From Escherichia coli (GTDB taxonomy: Bacteria; Pseudomonadota; Gammaproteobacteria; Enterobacterales; Enterobacteriaceae), in NCBI RefSeq assembly GCF_003334255.1, contig NZ_QOWU01000002.1: a stretch of 64,000 nucleotides of DNA; one strand, written 5' to 3'. Shown here piece after piece: positions 25,850-41,351 of this stretch. The notes under the pieces were generated by a model. That model had not been told where the DNA came from. It searched no databases and was given only the letters and a program-made list of their open reading frames with translations. How positions within the stretch are numbered: the first letter of the stretch is position 1; each line of letters starts with the position of its first letter. A program made the translations under genes and the position numbers.

Positions 25850-26311
25850 GTCTGTATTTCCTTATCCAAAGTATGGAGAAGTTAACATTATGTTTCACAA
25901 CTTCATAGTGTCTGGAAGTATTATTTTTATGACAAAGGAAATACTTTGCGCAAATATTTTTTGTTTGATTACCAGCGAAACGTTTCTCTTATTTAAATAA
26001 TTACCCACACAAAATATAGGCTTTTAATTATCAACCTTTATTATAAATAAAAGTTATGAAATATATTCTCTTCGTTAACTTATAATTAAGAGAAAAAAAC
26101 TCACCGCATGGCCATTTAAGCCAGGAATAAATTAGCTTCCCGTTCATCATTTTTGTGATCTTGCGCACATCTTTGAGATAACGCACTTTCTTCACCAGTA
26201 CGTTGCACGCTTTGTCAGCAGAAGATTGCAACAATCTTTCAGAAGGCCGCGAATCCCCCGTTTTGTCGTGGTAATGTATGCACTTTGTGTTAGACGGGAT
26301 AGGTTTTTAAG

Positions 26312-27406
26312 ATGGAAAAACTGCGGGTAGGAATCGTTTTTGGTGGTAAATCAGCGGAACATGAAGTGTCTCTGCAATCGGCAAAAAACATTGTCGATGC
26401 CATTGATAAAAGTCGCTTCGACGTTGTGCTGCTGGGCATTGATAAACAAGGGCAATGGCACGTCAGCGATGCCAGCAATTATCTGCTAAATGCAGACGAT
26501 CCTGCCCATATTGCGTTGCGCCCTTCGGCGACCAGCCTTGCGCAGGTGCCAGGTAAACATGAGCATCAGCTTATCGACGCGCAAAACGGTCAGCCGTTGC
26601 CGACGGTGGATGTCATTTTCCCGATTGTCCACGGTACGCTGGGCGAAGATGGTTCCTTGCAGGGAATGCTGCGGGTCGCCAATTTACCGTTTGTAGGTTC
26701 TGATGTTCTGGCTTCAGCAGCCTGTATGGACAAAGATGTCACCAAACGTCTGCTACGCGATGCCGGGCTGAACATTGCGCCATTTATTACCCTGACGCGC
26801 GCCAATCGTCACAACATTAGTTTTGCCGAAGTGGAGTCTAAACTGGGGTTACCACTGTTTGTAAAACCGGCTAATCAGGGCTCTTCTGTTGGTGTCAGCA
26901 AAGTAACCAGTGAAGAACAGTACGCAATTGCCGTCGATCTGGCGTTCGAGTTCGATCATAAAGTGATCGTTGAGCAAGGGATCAAAGGTCGTGAGATCGA
27001 ATGCGCAGTTCTGGGCAACGACAATCCGCAAGCCAGCACCTGTGGAGAGATCGTACTCACCAGCGATTTCTATGCCTACGACACCAAGTACATTGACGAA
27101 GATGGCGCGAAAGTGGTAGTTCCGGCAGCCATTGCGCCAGAAATCAACGATAAGATCCGGGCGATTGCCGTTCAGGCTTATCAAACGTTGGGATGCGCAG
27201 GCATGGCGCGTGTAGACGTGTTTTTAACCCCAGAGAACGAAGTGGTGATCAACGAGATCAACACCCTGCCTGGCTTCACTAATATCAGTATGTATCCGAA
27301 GCTGTGGCAAGCCAGCGGTCTGGGTTACACCGATCTGATCACACGTTTGATTGAACTGGCGCTGGAGCGTCACGCTGCGGATAACGCATTGAAAACCACA
27401 ATGTAA
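26312..27406 (+). CDS. ddlA: D-alanine--D-alanine ligase A
   Basis: 364-aa [35 protein letters not shown]; ATP-grasp. Confidence 0.95.
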   Translation: MEKLRVGIVFGGKSAEHEVSLQSAKNIVDAIDKSRFDVVLLGIDKQGQWHVSDASNYLLNADDPAHIALRPSATSLAQVPGKHEHQLIDAQNGQPLPTVDVIFPIVHGTLGEDGSLQGMLRVANLPFVGSDVLASAACMDKDVTKRLLRDAGLNIAPFITLTRANRHNISFAEVESKLGLPLFVKPANQGSSVGVSKVTSEEQYAIAVDLAFEFDHKVIVEQGIKGREIECAVLGNDNPQASTCGEIVLTSDFYAYDTKYIDEDGAKVVVPAAIAPEINDKIRAIAVQAYQTLGCAGMARVDVFLTPENEVVINEINTLPGFTNISMYPKLWQASGLGYTDLITRLIELALERHAADNALKTTM

Positions 27407-27429
27407 TATTTTAACGCCCGATAATATTC

Positions 27430-27642
27430 TTATTGGGCGTTTTCAGTTTCTTCATCGCGACGACGAATAATCAACCCCGCCAGCCAGAAACTAATCACCC
27501 ACGTCACCAGACCGACGGCATAGGTCTGCCAACCTTTTGCTTCAAATCCCAGTAACCCCACCACGCCATTAAGAATGAATATAAGGCCAATGGCGAACGC
27601 ATAGTAGTGCCAGTCACGGCGGATTTTTACAGGCAGATTCAT
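27430..27642 (-). CDS. yaiZ: Small inner-membrane protein YaiZ
   Basis: ATG at 27642 gives 70 aa, MNLPVKIRRDWHYYAFAIGLIFILNGVVGLLGFEAK (two predicted TM helices). Confidence 0.8.
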   Translation of the reverse strand: MNLPVKIRRDWHYYAFAIGLIFILNGVVGLLGFEAKGWQTYAVGLVTWVISFWLAGLIIRRRDEETENAQ

Positions 27643-27901
27643 GGCAGCTCCGTTAACGAAAAACAACATCCTTGCATATTCTGCAACAACCGTCTGTGGT
27701 GTAGACAACATTTTCGTAATTGTTAATAAATTTAACTTAAGGTTGCCATTTTGTGACTCACAACGAAGATTCACGCTTCGGGAATATTCCCAACATCAAT
27801 TTACCATGATTCTGATATTGACAATCTAAATGACCTGTCAGACTTGCCATAAGCCGCTGGTATCACACCAGAAGAGAAGCAGATGACTTCCGGAGGTTTT
27901 T

Positions 27902-28210
27902 ATGGCTGATTTCACCCTGTCAAAATCGCTGTTTAGCGGAAAATATCGCAATGCCTCTTCAACGCCTGGCAACATTGCCTATGCGTTGTTTGTGCTGTTT
28001 TGCTTTTGGGCTGGGGCGCAATTGCTGAACCTGTTAGTGCATGCGCCCGGCGTCTATGAGCGTTTAATGCAGGTCCAGGAAACAGGTCGCCCACGGGTGG
28101 AAATTGGTTTAGGTGTCGGCACCATTTTCGGGCTGATCCCGTTTTTAGTAGGCTGCCTCATTTTTGCAGTGGTGGCGCTATGGCTGCACTGGCGACATCG
28201 CCGCCAGTAA
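27902..28210 (+). CDS. yaiY: Small inner-membrane protein YaiY
   Basis: 102-aa [45 protein letters not shown]. Confidence 0.8.
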
Positions 28211-28221
28211 GTTTTACATTG

Positions 28222-28252
28222 TCAGATGCGGCCTGAAACGCCTTATCTGGCC
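28222..28252. repeat. REP-like element downstream of yaiY
   Basis: CAGATGCGGCCTGAAACGCCTTATCTGGCCTGAC resembles the REP consensus. Confidence 0.4.
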
Positions 28253-28268
28253 TGACATTCCTGTTTGA

Positions 28269-29363
28269 TCACTGTTTCATACAACGCGCCCGCCGTTCGT
28301 CTACGCGCTTCGCAAACCAGGCCGTAGTCAGGTTGCGGGTGATTTTCGGGCTTTCCAGTTGAATGCCAGGCAACATTTCGCGGGGGAGTGATTTACCCGT
28401 TTTCGTTTCGGCAAGTTGATAAACTTTCTTGTACAGCGCCGTCTCCTCAAAAGAGAAGCTGTCACCTTTCTCTAACTGACGGCGAATTTCGCTGTCGCTC
28501 ATCCCCAGTTTTGCAGCCAGTTTGCGCGTTGCCAGTTCGGTTTTCCCGGGTTCTTTACTGTCGTAACGAATTAAATCACCGTCCAGTGCCAGCTTCACGC
28601 CGCTGGCCTTACTGACCGCGTTCTGAAACGCGGCATTACGGCTGGCGTACCAGCCAGCGTTAAAATCAGCAAAACGGTATATCGGTGCGCTATAACTGGC
28701 GGGATAATTCAGTAAATGGTAAGTACCAAACCACAACCCGCCGCGGCGACTGAAGACTTCCTGACGGACTGTACCGTCCATTTTCCACGGATACCCTTTG
28801 GTATGCTGTTCGGCAAAAGCAATGCTGACCTGCATCGGCCCACCGGTGCGCACCGGATTGAGCGAACCAAACAGCGTCTGCCCCATTGGCACCATGTTGA
28901 TCAGATCGTCAAAAATCGCGCTCAATTGCTTTTCTGTACGCACCGAATCTAACCGTTCGCTATAACTTTTGCCGTTTGGCGATTTGATTTTTAGCGCGGT
29001 ATGAACCAGAAAAGCAGGAATGTGCATCCGTTCAGCACGACGGTCAATCTCTTGCCAGGCGATCTTGCTTAAGCCCGGAACGGCCGGATCTGCCTGATAA
29101 TTTGACTCCTGCTGCGCCACCGCCAGCACCGAGCAGACGTTTTCCAGCGTCGGTGCCAGCCCCTGACTTTCAAAGGTGGTGGCGAGATCTTTCGCCCAGG
29201 CATCGCGGTCTTTCACGCTCGCAGGCATCTTCTGCCGCACGACGCTCGCTACATCTATCGCTTTTTCGCCCTTTTTCAACGGTTGCGGAGCCTGACTACT
29301 ACACCCCGCTAAAACCAGAACCGCCAACAATGACAGCGAAGATAGAGGATTGACGCGCGACAT
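28269..29363 (-). CDS. yaiW: Surface-exposed outer-membrane lipoprotein YaiW
   Basis: 364-aa ORF with lipoprotein signal MSRVNPLSSLSLLAVLVLAGCSS (lipobox LAGC); 12 bp downstream of sbmA. Confidence 0.9.
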   Translation of the reverse strand: MSRVNPLSSLSLLAVLVLAGCSSQAPQPLKKGEKAIDVASVVRQKMPASVKDRDAWAKDLATTFESQGLAPTLENVCSVLAVAQQESNYQADPAVPGLSKIAWQEIDRRAERMHIPAFLVHTALKIKSPNGKSYSERLDSVRTEKQLSAIFDDLINMVPMGQTLFGSLNPVRTGGPMQVSIAFAEQHTKGYPWKMDGTVRQEVFSRRGGLWFGTYHLLNYPASYSAPIYRFADFNAGWYASRNAAFQNAVSKASGVKLALDGDLIRYDSKEPGKTELATRKLAAKLGMSDSEIRRQLEKGDSFSFEETALYKKVYQLAETKTGKSLPREMLPGIQLESPKITRNLTTAWFAKRVDERRARCMKQ

Positions 29364-29375
29364 TACTTCTCCTTT

Positions 29376-30596
29376 TTAGCTCAAGGTATGGGTTACTTCC
29401 TGAATTTTGTCACCATCCAGCTCATGTTCAAAGCTGCGCAGACGTTTGTAGATAGACATCAACTCAACCAGTGTGGTCCATGAGTTAATCAGGTACTGGA
29501 AAGCACCGCGAACCTGACCAAAAACGTTGGTAATCTGCGTCATCAGGCCGAGCGTAATCGTACCGGCAACAATTGACGGAAACAGCAAGAACAAACCGAA
29601 AACGTTATCGACCTGCAAATAGAGAATGCGGGCGATGTTGAAATACATATAGTGAAAATAGAGGCGGAAATAGTTTTTCCGTACGGCGCTAAACAGCTCG
29701 CGTACCGTAGGCGGCGTCGCGCGCGTGGCATCGTCTTCACCATAAACCAGCTCTTTACGGTAGGCAGCCTCTACACGCTGGTTTTTAAACTCCAGCCCCG
29801 GCAGTTTGATCCCTACCACTGCCAGCAATCCGGTCCCCATCAGCGACCAGACGATTGTGGCAATCACCAGACCATACGGAATGTGCCCGATAATCGGCAG
29901 CTCCGGCACATGCGCGGAGAGCGTTACCAGCACCGGCAGGAAGGCGATCAACGTCATGATGGCGTTGATAAAACTGACGCCCATATTCTCCAGCGTTGAA
30001 GCAAAACGCATGGTGTCTTCCTGCACACGCTGTGCGGCCCCTTCGATATGACGCAGTTGTTGCCAGTTCGCCATGTAATATTCGTTCATCGCTGTACGCC
30101 AGCGGAACACGTAGTGACTGACAAAGAAGTTGTTCAGCACACTGATCACCACAGCGATCAGCGCAATCCCCAGAAAGACGCCCACTTCGCGGTAAAATTG
30201 TTCGATGGTGACTTTATGCGGCGAACTTAGCGCGGTTTGAATCAGATCATAGAACGGCGCATACCAGGCGTTGACGGCGACCCCGACTTCCACCAAAAAC
30301 CAGGTGACGAAGATGATCAGTGCAGTACCGAGTATTGACCAGTATTGCCAACGATGCGGGCTGTAGATAAACCAGAACAATGCAAAAAGTCCTACGCAAA
30401 CAATGTAGTAAGCGTAAAAAATCAGGAAATCCAACGACCAGAAACGCGCGGCGCTAATCGGGATCTGCCCGGAAGCGCCGGTGATACGCGCCACCCAGTC
30501 ACCCCCACCGGCTTGCCAGAAGATAACGGCAATCAATGCCCAAACGAAGGCCGAGAGAAAAAACGTTCCCGGCTTTGGGAAAAAAGACTTAAACAT
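29376..30596 (-). CDS. sbmA: Peptide antibiotic/antimicrobial peptide transporter SbmA
   Basis: 406 aa from ATG 30596, [34 protein letters not shown]; ABC-like transmembrane domain without an ATPase. Confidence 0.93.
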   Translation of the reverse strand: MFKSFFPKPGTFFLSAFVWALIAVIFWQAGGGDWVARITGASGQIPISAARFWSLDFLIFYAYYIVCVGLFALFWFIYSPHRWQYWSILGTALIIFVTWFLVEVGVAVNAWYAPFYDLIQTALSSPHKVTIEQFYREVGVFLGIALIAVVISVLNNFFVSHYVFRWRTAMNEYYMANWQQLRHIEGAAQRVQEDTMRFASTLENMGVSFINAIMTLIAFLPVLVTLSAHVPELPIIGHIPYGLVIATIVWSLMGTGLLAVVGIKLPGLEFKNQRVEAAYRKELVYGEDDATRATPPTVRELFSAVRKNYFRLYFHYMYFNIARILYLQVDNVFGLFLLFPSIVAGTITLGLMTQITNVFGQVRGAFQYLINSWTTLVELMSIYKRLRSFEHELDGDKIQEVTHTLS

Positions 30597-30947
30597 ATGC
30601 ACTCCTGCTAACTTCTTATCGTTTTAACAACTGCTGTGTATTAACCGCATGACCGCTACAAAGCGTCAGCCAAATGAAACCGCCCATTGTGACCCATAGC
30701 AAGGCGCTTAGTTCGCCAGCCTGACCATAAGAATTGTTTCGACGGATTTCACAAACCAAAGATTGTTTACATAAGCGGATTAACACGCGCAGGATCACAA
30801 ATGCAGGCATTGGTGAGCAGGAAAAAGATCGTGTTTACGCGCCGTTACGTTTTTAACACTATTATTGCACTAATTCGCCCTTTGCAATCTATCAATGAGT
30901 AGTATAAATACGCTCAGTTACCTTCATTCAATCTATGGACACCACCG

Positions 30948-32105
30948 TTGAAACGTAGTCTGCTTTTTTCTGCCGTGCTGTGTGCGGCGTCATTGACCTC
31001 CGTCCATGCGGCGCAGCCGATCACTGAACCGGAGTTTGCCTCTGATATTGTCGATCGTTATGCCGATCATATTTTTTACGGCAGCGGTGCCACGGGGATG
31101 GCTCTGGTTGTTATCGACGGTAACCAGCGCGTCTTTCGCAGTTATGGCGAAACGCGACCTGGTAATAACGTTCGCCCGCAGCTGGATTCGGTCGTGCGTA
31201 TTGCTTCCCTCACCAAGCTAATGACCAGTGAGATGCTGGTGAAATTGCTCGACCAGGGGACCGTGAAGTTAAACGATCCGCTAAGTAAATATGCTCCGCC
31301 AGGCGCACGCGTGCCAACCTACAATGGGACGCCCATTACGCTGGTCAATCTGGCAACCCATACCAGCGCCCTGCCCCGTGAACAGCCCGGTGGCGCGGCA
31401 CATCGTCCGGTGTTTGTCTGGCCAACGCGCGAGCAACGCTGGAAATACCTTTCTACGGCGAAGCTGAAAGCCGCGCCAGGCAGTCAGGCGGCGTACTCTA
31501 ACCTTGCGTTCGACCTGCTGGCAGATGCACTGGCGAATGCGTCCGGCAAGCCTTATACCCAGTTGTTTGAAGAGCAGATTACCCGTCCATTGGGGATGAA
31601 AGACACCACCTACACCCCCTCACCGGATCAGTGCCGCCGTTTAATGGTTGCTGAGCGCGGTGCCAGTCCGTGCAATAACACGCTGGCGGCAATTGGCAGC
31701 GGCGGCGTCTATTCCACGCCTGGCGATATGATGCGCTGGATGCAGCAGTATTTGTCATCTGATTTTTATCAGCGCAGTAACCAGGCAGATCGCATGCAGA
31801 CGTTGATTTATCAGCGCGCGCAGTTTACGAAAGTGATTGGCATGGATGTCCCCGGCAAAGCGGATGCGCTTGGTTTAGGTTGGGTATATATGGCCCCGAA
31901 AGAGGGTCGTCCGGGGATTATTCAGAAGACAGGCGGTGGTGGCGGTTTCATTACCTATATGGCGATGATCCCGCAGAAGAATATTGGCGCGTTTGTGGTG
32001 GTCACTCGTTCGCCGTTGACGCGCTTTAAAAATATGAGCGATGGCATCAATGACCTGGTGACCGAGCTAAGCGGGAATAAACCGTTGGTTATCCCCGCGT
32101 CCTGA
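30948..32105 (+). CDS. ampH: D-alanyl-D-alanine carboxypeptidase/endopeptidase AmpH (class C beta-lactamase fold penicillin-binding protein)
   Basis: 385-aa ORF with signal peptide MKRSLLFSAVLCAASLTSVHA and active-site SxxK (SLTK). Confidence 0.93.
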   Translation: MKRSLLFSAVLCAASLTSVHAAQPITEPEFASDIVDRYADHIFYGSGATGMALVVIDGNQRVFRSYGETRPGNNVRPQLDSVVRIASLTKLMTSEMLVKLLDQGTVKLNDPLSKYAPPGARVPTYNGTPITLVNLATHTSALPREQPGGAAHRPVFVWPTREQRWKYLSTAKLKAAPGSQAAYSNLAFDLLADALANASGKPYTQLFEEQITRPLGMKDTTYTPSPDQCRRLMVAERGASPCNNTLAAIGSGGVYSTPGDMMRWMQQYLSSDFYQRSNQADRMQTLIYQRAQFTKVIGMDVPGKADALGLGWVYMAPKEGRPGIIQKTGGGGGFITYMAMIPQKNIGAFVVVTRSPLTRFKNMSDGINDLVTELSGNKPLVIPAS

Positions 32106-32794
<689 letters not shown>

Positions 32795-32795
32795 T

Positions 32796-35717
<2,922 letters not shown>

Positions 35718-36240
35718 TTGTCATCCCTCCTCAGGGACGTAATAAGTTGATCCATCAATTATCAATGCATAGAAAACATATTATGTTTCGCGCTAACGAT
35801 TATGCTGCGTTACAGACGAATGGTTCAATTATTCTTTCCCCTAAGTCCGAATGTGGACATATATAATTTATGGAGAAAAACACGCATCAAATTCATAAAA
35901 GCACAGTATTTCAACATATTGCAGATAATTTTGTTTTTGAAGCATACGCATAATAAATATCACAAACACAAACCAGATAAATATCCTATGAATATGCAAC
36001 AAAGTTTTAATTATTCAATTTATAGCAGCGCAACCAAACTCCAAAAAATAATAACCAACAGCTATAAATAAAGATTAAAAATATTTTCAGTGAATATAAA
36101 ATTATTGCTGTTTCTATTAAAAAGATGTCCTGGCCTCTCTTCCATTCTCTTCTTGTCAACATCGCGACAACTTTCGTAAAACATCCCTACCCTGCTTCAG
36201 GTATACTATGCCCCTCGATTCCACAAACATCAGGCAGACC

Positions 36241-37215
36241 ATGACAGACTTAATCCAACGCCCTCGTCGCCTGCGCAAATCTCCTGCGCTGCGCGCTATG
36301 TTTGAAGAGACAACACTTAGCCTTAACGACCTGGTGTTGCCGATCTTTGTTGAAGAAGAAATTGACGACTACAAAGCCGTTGAAGCCATGCCAGGCGTGA
36401 TGCGCATTCCAGAGAAACATCTGGCACGCGAAATTGAACGCATCGCCAACGCCGGTATTCGTTCCGTGATGACTTTTGGCATCTCTCACCATACCGATGA
36501 AACCGGCAGCGATGCCTGGCGGGAAGATGGACTGGTGGCGCGTATGTCGCGCATCTGCAAGCAGACCGTGCCAGAAATGATCGTTATGTCAGACACCTGC
36601 TTCTGTGAATACACTTCTCACGGTCACTGCGGTGTGCTGTGCGAGCATGGCGTCGACAACGACGCGACTCTGGAAAATTTAGGCAAGCAAGCCGTGGTTG
36701 CAGCTGCTGCAGGTGCAGACTTCATCGCCCCTTCCGCCGCGATGGACGGCCAGGTACAGGCGATTCGTCAGGCGCTGGACGCTGCGGGATTTAAAGATAC
36801 GGCGATTATGTCGTATTCGACCAAGTTCGCCTCCTCCTTTTATGGCCCGTTCCGTGAAGCTGCCGGAAGCGCATTAAAAGGCGACCGCAAAAGCTATCAG
36901 ATGAACCCAATGAACCGTCGTGAGGCGATTCGTGAATCACTGCTGGATGAAGCCCAGGGCGCAGACTGCCTGATGGTTAAACCTGCTGGAGCGTACCTCG
37001 ACATCGTGCGTGAGCTGCGTGAACGTACTGAATTGCCGATTGGCGCGTATCAGGTGAGCGGTGAGTATGCGATGATTAAGTTCGCCGCGCTGGCGGGTGC
37101 TATAGATGAAGAGAAAGTCGTGCTCGAAAGCTTAGGTTCGATTAAGCGTGCGGGTGCGGATCTGATTTTCAGCTACTTTGCGCTGGATTTGGCTGAGAAG
37201 AAGATTCTGCGTTAA
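36241..37215 (+). CDS. hemB: Porphobilinogen synthase (delta-aminolevulinic acid dehydratase)
   Basis: ATG at 36241 gives 324 aa, [37 protein letters not shown]. Confidence 0.95.
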
Positions 37216-37262
37216 TTTTGTTTCCTCTCAGAAAGGGGGAGTTAACCTGTTGAAAGTACGGT

Positions 37263-37310
37263 GAACGCCCCCTCACCCTAACCCTCTCCCCAAGGGGGCG
37301 AGGGGACCGT
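37263..37310. repeat. GC-rich imperfect palindromic element between convergent hemB and tauD
   Basis: CGCCCCCTCACCCTAACCCTCTCCCCAAGGGGGCGAGGGGACC; arms CCTCTCCCC/GGGGCGAGG can pair; no flanking T-run. Confidence 0.4.
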
Positions 37311-37321
37311 CCACTCTCGTA

Positions 37322-38173
37322 TTACCCCGCCCGATAAAACGGTTTATCCCCAAGGATCGTCGCCCGATGCATTATCCGTCGCTGTGGCAGGTAATCGGCA
37401 TTGGCATAGTGCTGGGTCACGCGGTTATCCCAAATCGCAATATCATTTGGTTGCCAGCGCCAGCGCACCTGAAACTCCGGTTTGGTGATATGGGCAAACA
37501 AAAAACTTAACAAGGCTTCGCTCTCTTTCTCGCTCACATCAACAATTCGCGTAGTAAAGCCTTCATTCACAAACAGCGCCTGTTTACCGCTCACCGGATG
37601 CGTTCGCACCACCGGATGTAGCAACGGCGGGTTTTTCGCGACCGCCTCGCGCCAGCGTTGATGTTCCTCCTCGGTTTTGCGGTATTTGTATTCCGGGAAC
37701 GATTTACGGAAATCATGCTCCGCACGCAGCCCACTCAGCAGCTGGCGGAAGGGAACAGAGAGCGCCTCATAGGCCGCAATACCGCTGGTCCAGAGCGTAT
37801 CACCGCCGGTCGAAGGTAACTCTTTAGCTGCCAGAATCGCCCCTGCGGGTGGCGTTTCAATAAATGTCACATCGGTATGCCAGTTGTCGTTATCTGGCGG
37901 ATTATCGTTATGGGTATCCAGCACGATGATCTCGTCAACCCCTTCGGCATGCGGGTAAACAGGGTGAATATGCAATTCGCCAAAACGCTGGGCCAGCGCG
38001 CGTTGCTGCTGCGGCGTAATAGCTTGATCGCGTAGAAACACCACCTGATGGCGCAGCACCGCATGGTAAAGCTGTTCAAACTGATTATCGCTTAACGGGC
38101 GCGTCAGGTCGGCACCCGAAATTTGTGCGCCGATATACGGCCCCAGCGGGGTAATGCTCAGACGTTCACTCAT
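37322..38173 (-). CDS. tauD: Taurine dioxygenase (Fe(II)/2-oxoglutarate dependent)
   Basis: 283-aa [38 protein letters not shown]. Confidence 0.96.
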
Positions 38174-38997
38174 TGTACTTCTCCATGCCAGGGCGTCAGG
38201 CGGCGCTGTAACGCGCGCAGACCCAGTTCTAAAAGAAAGGCGATAATCGCAATCACCGCGATCCCCGCCAGCACCACGTCAGTTGCGAGAAATTCACCCG
38301 CTGACTGAACCATAAATCCTAAACCGCGCGTCGCGGCAATCAGCTCCGCCGCCACCAGCGTAGACCAGCCCACCCCCAGACCAATACGTAATCCGGTGAG
38401 GATTTCCGGCAGCGCACCGGGCAAAATGACAAACCACAGCACCTGCGCACGGCTGGCACCCAGCGACTGGGCGGCACGAATGCGAACCTGCTGCACGCTT
38501 TTCACCCCCGCCAGCGCCGACATCGCCACCGGTGCAAAAATCGCTAAATAGATCAGTAAGATCTTCGAGGTTTCACCAATACCAAACCAGATCACCATCA
38601 GCGGCAAATAAGCCAGCGGCGGCACCGGACGATAAAGCTCGATTATCGGATCCAGAATGCCGCGTACCGTAGGGCTAAGTCCCATCGCGATCCCGACCGG
38701 AATACCGAACAACACCGCTGCAAATAGCGCCAGCATAATGCGCGTCAGACTGGCTGCCAGATGCTGCCACAGCGTGGCGTCCATAAAGCCTTGCGGTCCG
38801 GCAATGGTGAGTAGTTTTTCCAGTACCTGTTGCGGCGGCGGCAAAAATAGCGGGCTAATCAGTTGCAGCGTCGCCACCGTCCACCATACGGTGAGTAAAA
38901 CCGCTAACGTGCCAATGCTTAAGGTCACCTGACGCGAGAGCGGCCAGCGCCATTTCAGCCGCCGCGAATGCAGTTTTTCATTAATGAGCACACTCAT
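38170..38997 (-). CDS. tauC: Taurine ABC transporter permease
   Basis: 275-aa [26 protein letters not shown]; 4-bp overlaps with tauB and tauD. Confidence 0.95.
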   Translation of the reverse strand: MSVLINEKLHSRRLKWRWPLSRQVTLSIGTLAVLLTVWWTVATLQLISPLFLPPPQQVLEKLLTIAGPQGFMDATLWQHLAASLTRIMLALFAAVLFGIPVGIAMGLSPTVRGILDPIIELYRPVPPLAYLPLMVIWFGIGETSKILLIYLAIFAPVAMSALAGVKSVQQVRIRAAQSLGASRAQVLWFVILPGALPEILTGLRIGLGVGWSTLVAAELIAATRGLGFMVQSAGEFLATDVVLAGIAVIAIIAFLLELGLRALQRRLTPWHGEVQ

Positions 38998-39761
38998 GAG
39001 AACGCCTCCCGTTGCTCAAATACGCGGCTTAAAACATATTCGCGCATGGCGATGAATTGTGGATCGGACTTGATGCTGCGGCTCGACTCTCCCGCAACAA
39101 AGCGGCGAGCAAAGTTGAGCGGCAGCCGCTCCAGCACACGGCCAGGGCCGGATGAAAGCAGAACCAGTTCAGTCGCCATAAACACCGCTTCTTCTATATC
39201 GTGGGTAATCAACAGCACCTGCTTGCCCGTCTCCTGCCAGAGTTTCAGCAGCAGGGTTTGCATCTGGTCGCGGGTGAAGGCGTCCAGCGCACCAAACGGT
39301 TCGTCGAGTAATAACAGCTGGGGATTCGCCGCCAGCGCACGAGCAATCCCCACCCGCTGACGTTGACCACCGGAAAGCTGCCAGATGTAGCGTTTTTCTG
39401 CGCCTTCCAGCCCCACTTTTTTCAGCATCTGGTGCGCGATTTCCAGTCGCTGCATTTTCTCTATACCTGCCAATTGCAGGCCGAACGCCACGTTGTCCTG
39501 TACATTGCGCCACGGTAGTAGCCCTTCATTCTGAAAAACTACGCCACGCTCTGCTCCCGGTCCCTCAATACGCTTACCCGCCAGTTGAATGCTGCCATGC
39601 TGATAAGGCACAAAACCGGCAATCAGATTCAGCAGGGTGGTTTTACCGCAGCCGGACGGCCCCAGCACCACCAGTAGCTCGCCGCTTTCCAGCGTCAGGT
39701 TGATATCTTCCAGTGCCGGTTTGCCGCCATAATCGGCGTAAAGATGAGAGATTTGCAGCAT
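38994..39761 (-). CDS. tauB: Taurine ABC transporter ATP-binding protein
   Basis: 255-aa ORF with Walker [10 protein letters not shown] and ABC signature LSGGQRQR. Confidence 0.95.
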   Translation of the reverse strand: MLQISHLYADYGGKPALEDINLTLESGELLVVLGPSGCGKTTLLNLIAGFVPYQHGSIQLAGKRIEGPGAERGVVFQNEGLLPWRNVQDNVAFGLQLAGIEKMQRLEIAHQMLKKVGLEGAEKRYIWQLSGGQRQRVGIARALAANPQLLLLDEPFGALDAFTRDQMQTLLLKLWQETGKQVLLITHDIEEAVFMATELVLLSSGPGRVLERLPLNFARRFVAGESSRSIKSDPQFIAMREYVLSRVFEQREAFS

Positions 39762-39773
39762 CTGCGCCTCCTT

Positions 39774-40736
39774 TTATTGCACGAAGCGCGAGGTAACGTA
39801 CTGGCTGTAATCATTCGCTACAGCCGGGACCTTGCCCTGCTCTTTCAAAAACTGCGCGGTGTCGATGATCGCTTTGTTCACCGGTCCGGTCAGTTCTGCC
39901 GTTTGTTGCTGCGGCGTCAGATAGGTATTCCCCTTCACCAGCCCCGGAACGTCACCTTCAGGCACGCCGCTTAAACGCGCCAGTTTGCTGATGTTTTCCG
40001 GCTGTTTCAGCCACACGTCTGGGTTAGCAATGTACGGTTGCTGAGCATCGATGGCGCTTTTAGCGAACGCTTTCACGACCTCAGGATGTTTCTCGGCAAA
40101 ATCTTTGCGCACCACCCAGACGTCCAGCGTTGGCGCGCCCCACTGCCCGACCTGTTCAGAATCGGTCAACACCTTGCCGTCTTTTTCCAGGGCGTTAACC
40201 GCCGGTGCCCAGACATAAGCACCATCAATATCTCCCCGCTGCCAGGCAGCGATAATCGCGGGCGGCTGCAGGTTCACAATCTCCACTTGCCCGGGTTTAA
40301 TGCCCCAGTGTTTCAGTGCCGCCAGCAGGCTGTAGTGGGTGGTGGAGATAAACGGTACGGCGATGCGTTTGCCAATCAGATCTTCCGGTTTGCTGATAGT
40401 TTTCTTTACCACCAGCGCTTCGGAGTTACCCAGTTTTGACGCCAGCAAGAAGACTTCAATCGGCACCTGTTGGCTGGCTGCAACCGCTAACGGGCTGGAA
40501 CCGAGGTTGCCGATTTGCACGTCGCCTGAAGCCAGCGCCCGCACGATGCTGGCTCCGCTGTCAAACTTACGCCAGTCCACGGTTGCTCCGCTTTCTTTAG
40601 CAAAGGTGTTGTCGGCCTGAGCCACTTTCGCCGGTTCGGCTGAGGTTTGATACGCCACGGTGACGTTCACCGCCTGTGCCTGAAAAGCGATGAATGCCAG
40701 TGCGGCAAGAAGTGTGTTACGCGATGAAATTGCCAT
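39774..40736 (-). CDS. tauA: Taurine ABC transporter periplasmic binding protein
   Basis: ATG at 40736 gives 320 aa, MAISSRNTLLAALAFIAFQAQA (signal peptide); the track ORF is an extension. Confidence 0.93.
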   Translation of the reverse strand: MAISSRNTLLAALAFIAFQAQAVNVTVAYQTSAEPAKVAQADNTFAKESGATVDWRKFDSGASIVRALASGDVQIGNLGSSPLAVAASQQVPIEVFLLASKLGNSEALVVKKTISKPEDLIGKRIAVPFISTTHYSLLAALKHWGIKPGQVEIVNLQPPAIIAAWQRGDIDGAYVWAPAVNALEKDGKVLTDSEQVGQWGAPTLDVWVVRKDFAEKHPEVVKAFAKSAIDAQQPYIANPDVWLKQPENISKLARLSGVPEGDVPGLVKGNTYLTPQQQTAELTGPVNKAIIDTAQFLKEQGKVPAVANDYSQYVTSRFVQ

Positions 40737-41351
40737 GATTGTCTGCTCCCCTGTCTTGTTATGGGAGCAGTATTCAGGAATAAAAACATTCATTAAAAGA
40801 ATTAGTCGTTATCGCACAGATGATTTTATTCTTAGCAAAAAAACGGCTAAGGAAAGATTAAATATGCAATTACTCCGTTCTAACAATTGGGAAAATTACT
40901 ACACTTCATTTTAGTGATGCATAAACAACCACATTACGAGATTTATTACTTCATTATTTCTATCAATATCAATACATATAATAAAACTATTATATTCGCA
41001 TTGTATATATCACTGTATCATTCTCAATCACTCGCATATTACATTCACATAATGTATATAAACAATGCTTGTTCACAGAACATATTTTTTAAATGCAATT
41101 AATTGACAAACTAAATCACATCTAAATACAATGTATAAAACAAAATAACTATACATACCAAACATACAAACACTTAACATATGAATTGCATAGAAACATT
41201 ACCCAGTCGAACCCACGGGTCTGAAAGCCCTTGCTTTTCAGTTATTAGCAACATTTAACATTTATAAATTAACATCTGGCTGCGCCAGAGATTACGTCTC
41301 TGAGTGCATCGTTGTGCTTGTAGTATAATAAATAAAATGGAGTGTCATTAA

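Noticed and set aside
25850-26311. Small ORFs in AT-rich intergenic regions (e.g. 26031-26234, 25734-26000, 19837-20034, 35802-36071, 40887-41102)
   Set aside because: They lie in AT-rich promoter regions where spurious ORFs are common, have odd composition and no SD, and I recall no annotated genes at these positions.
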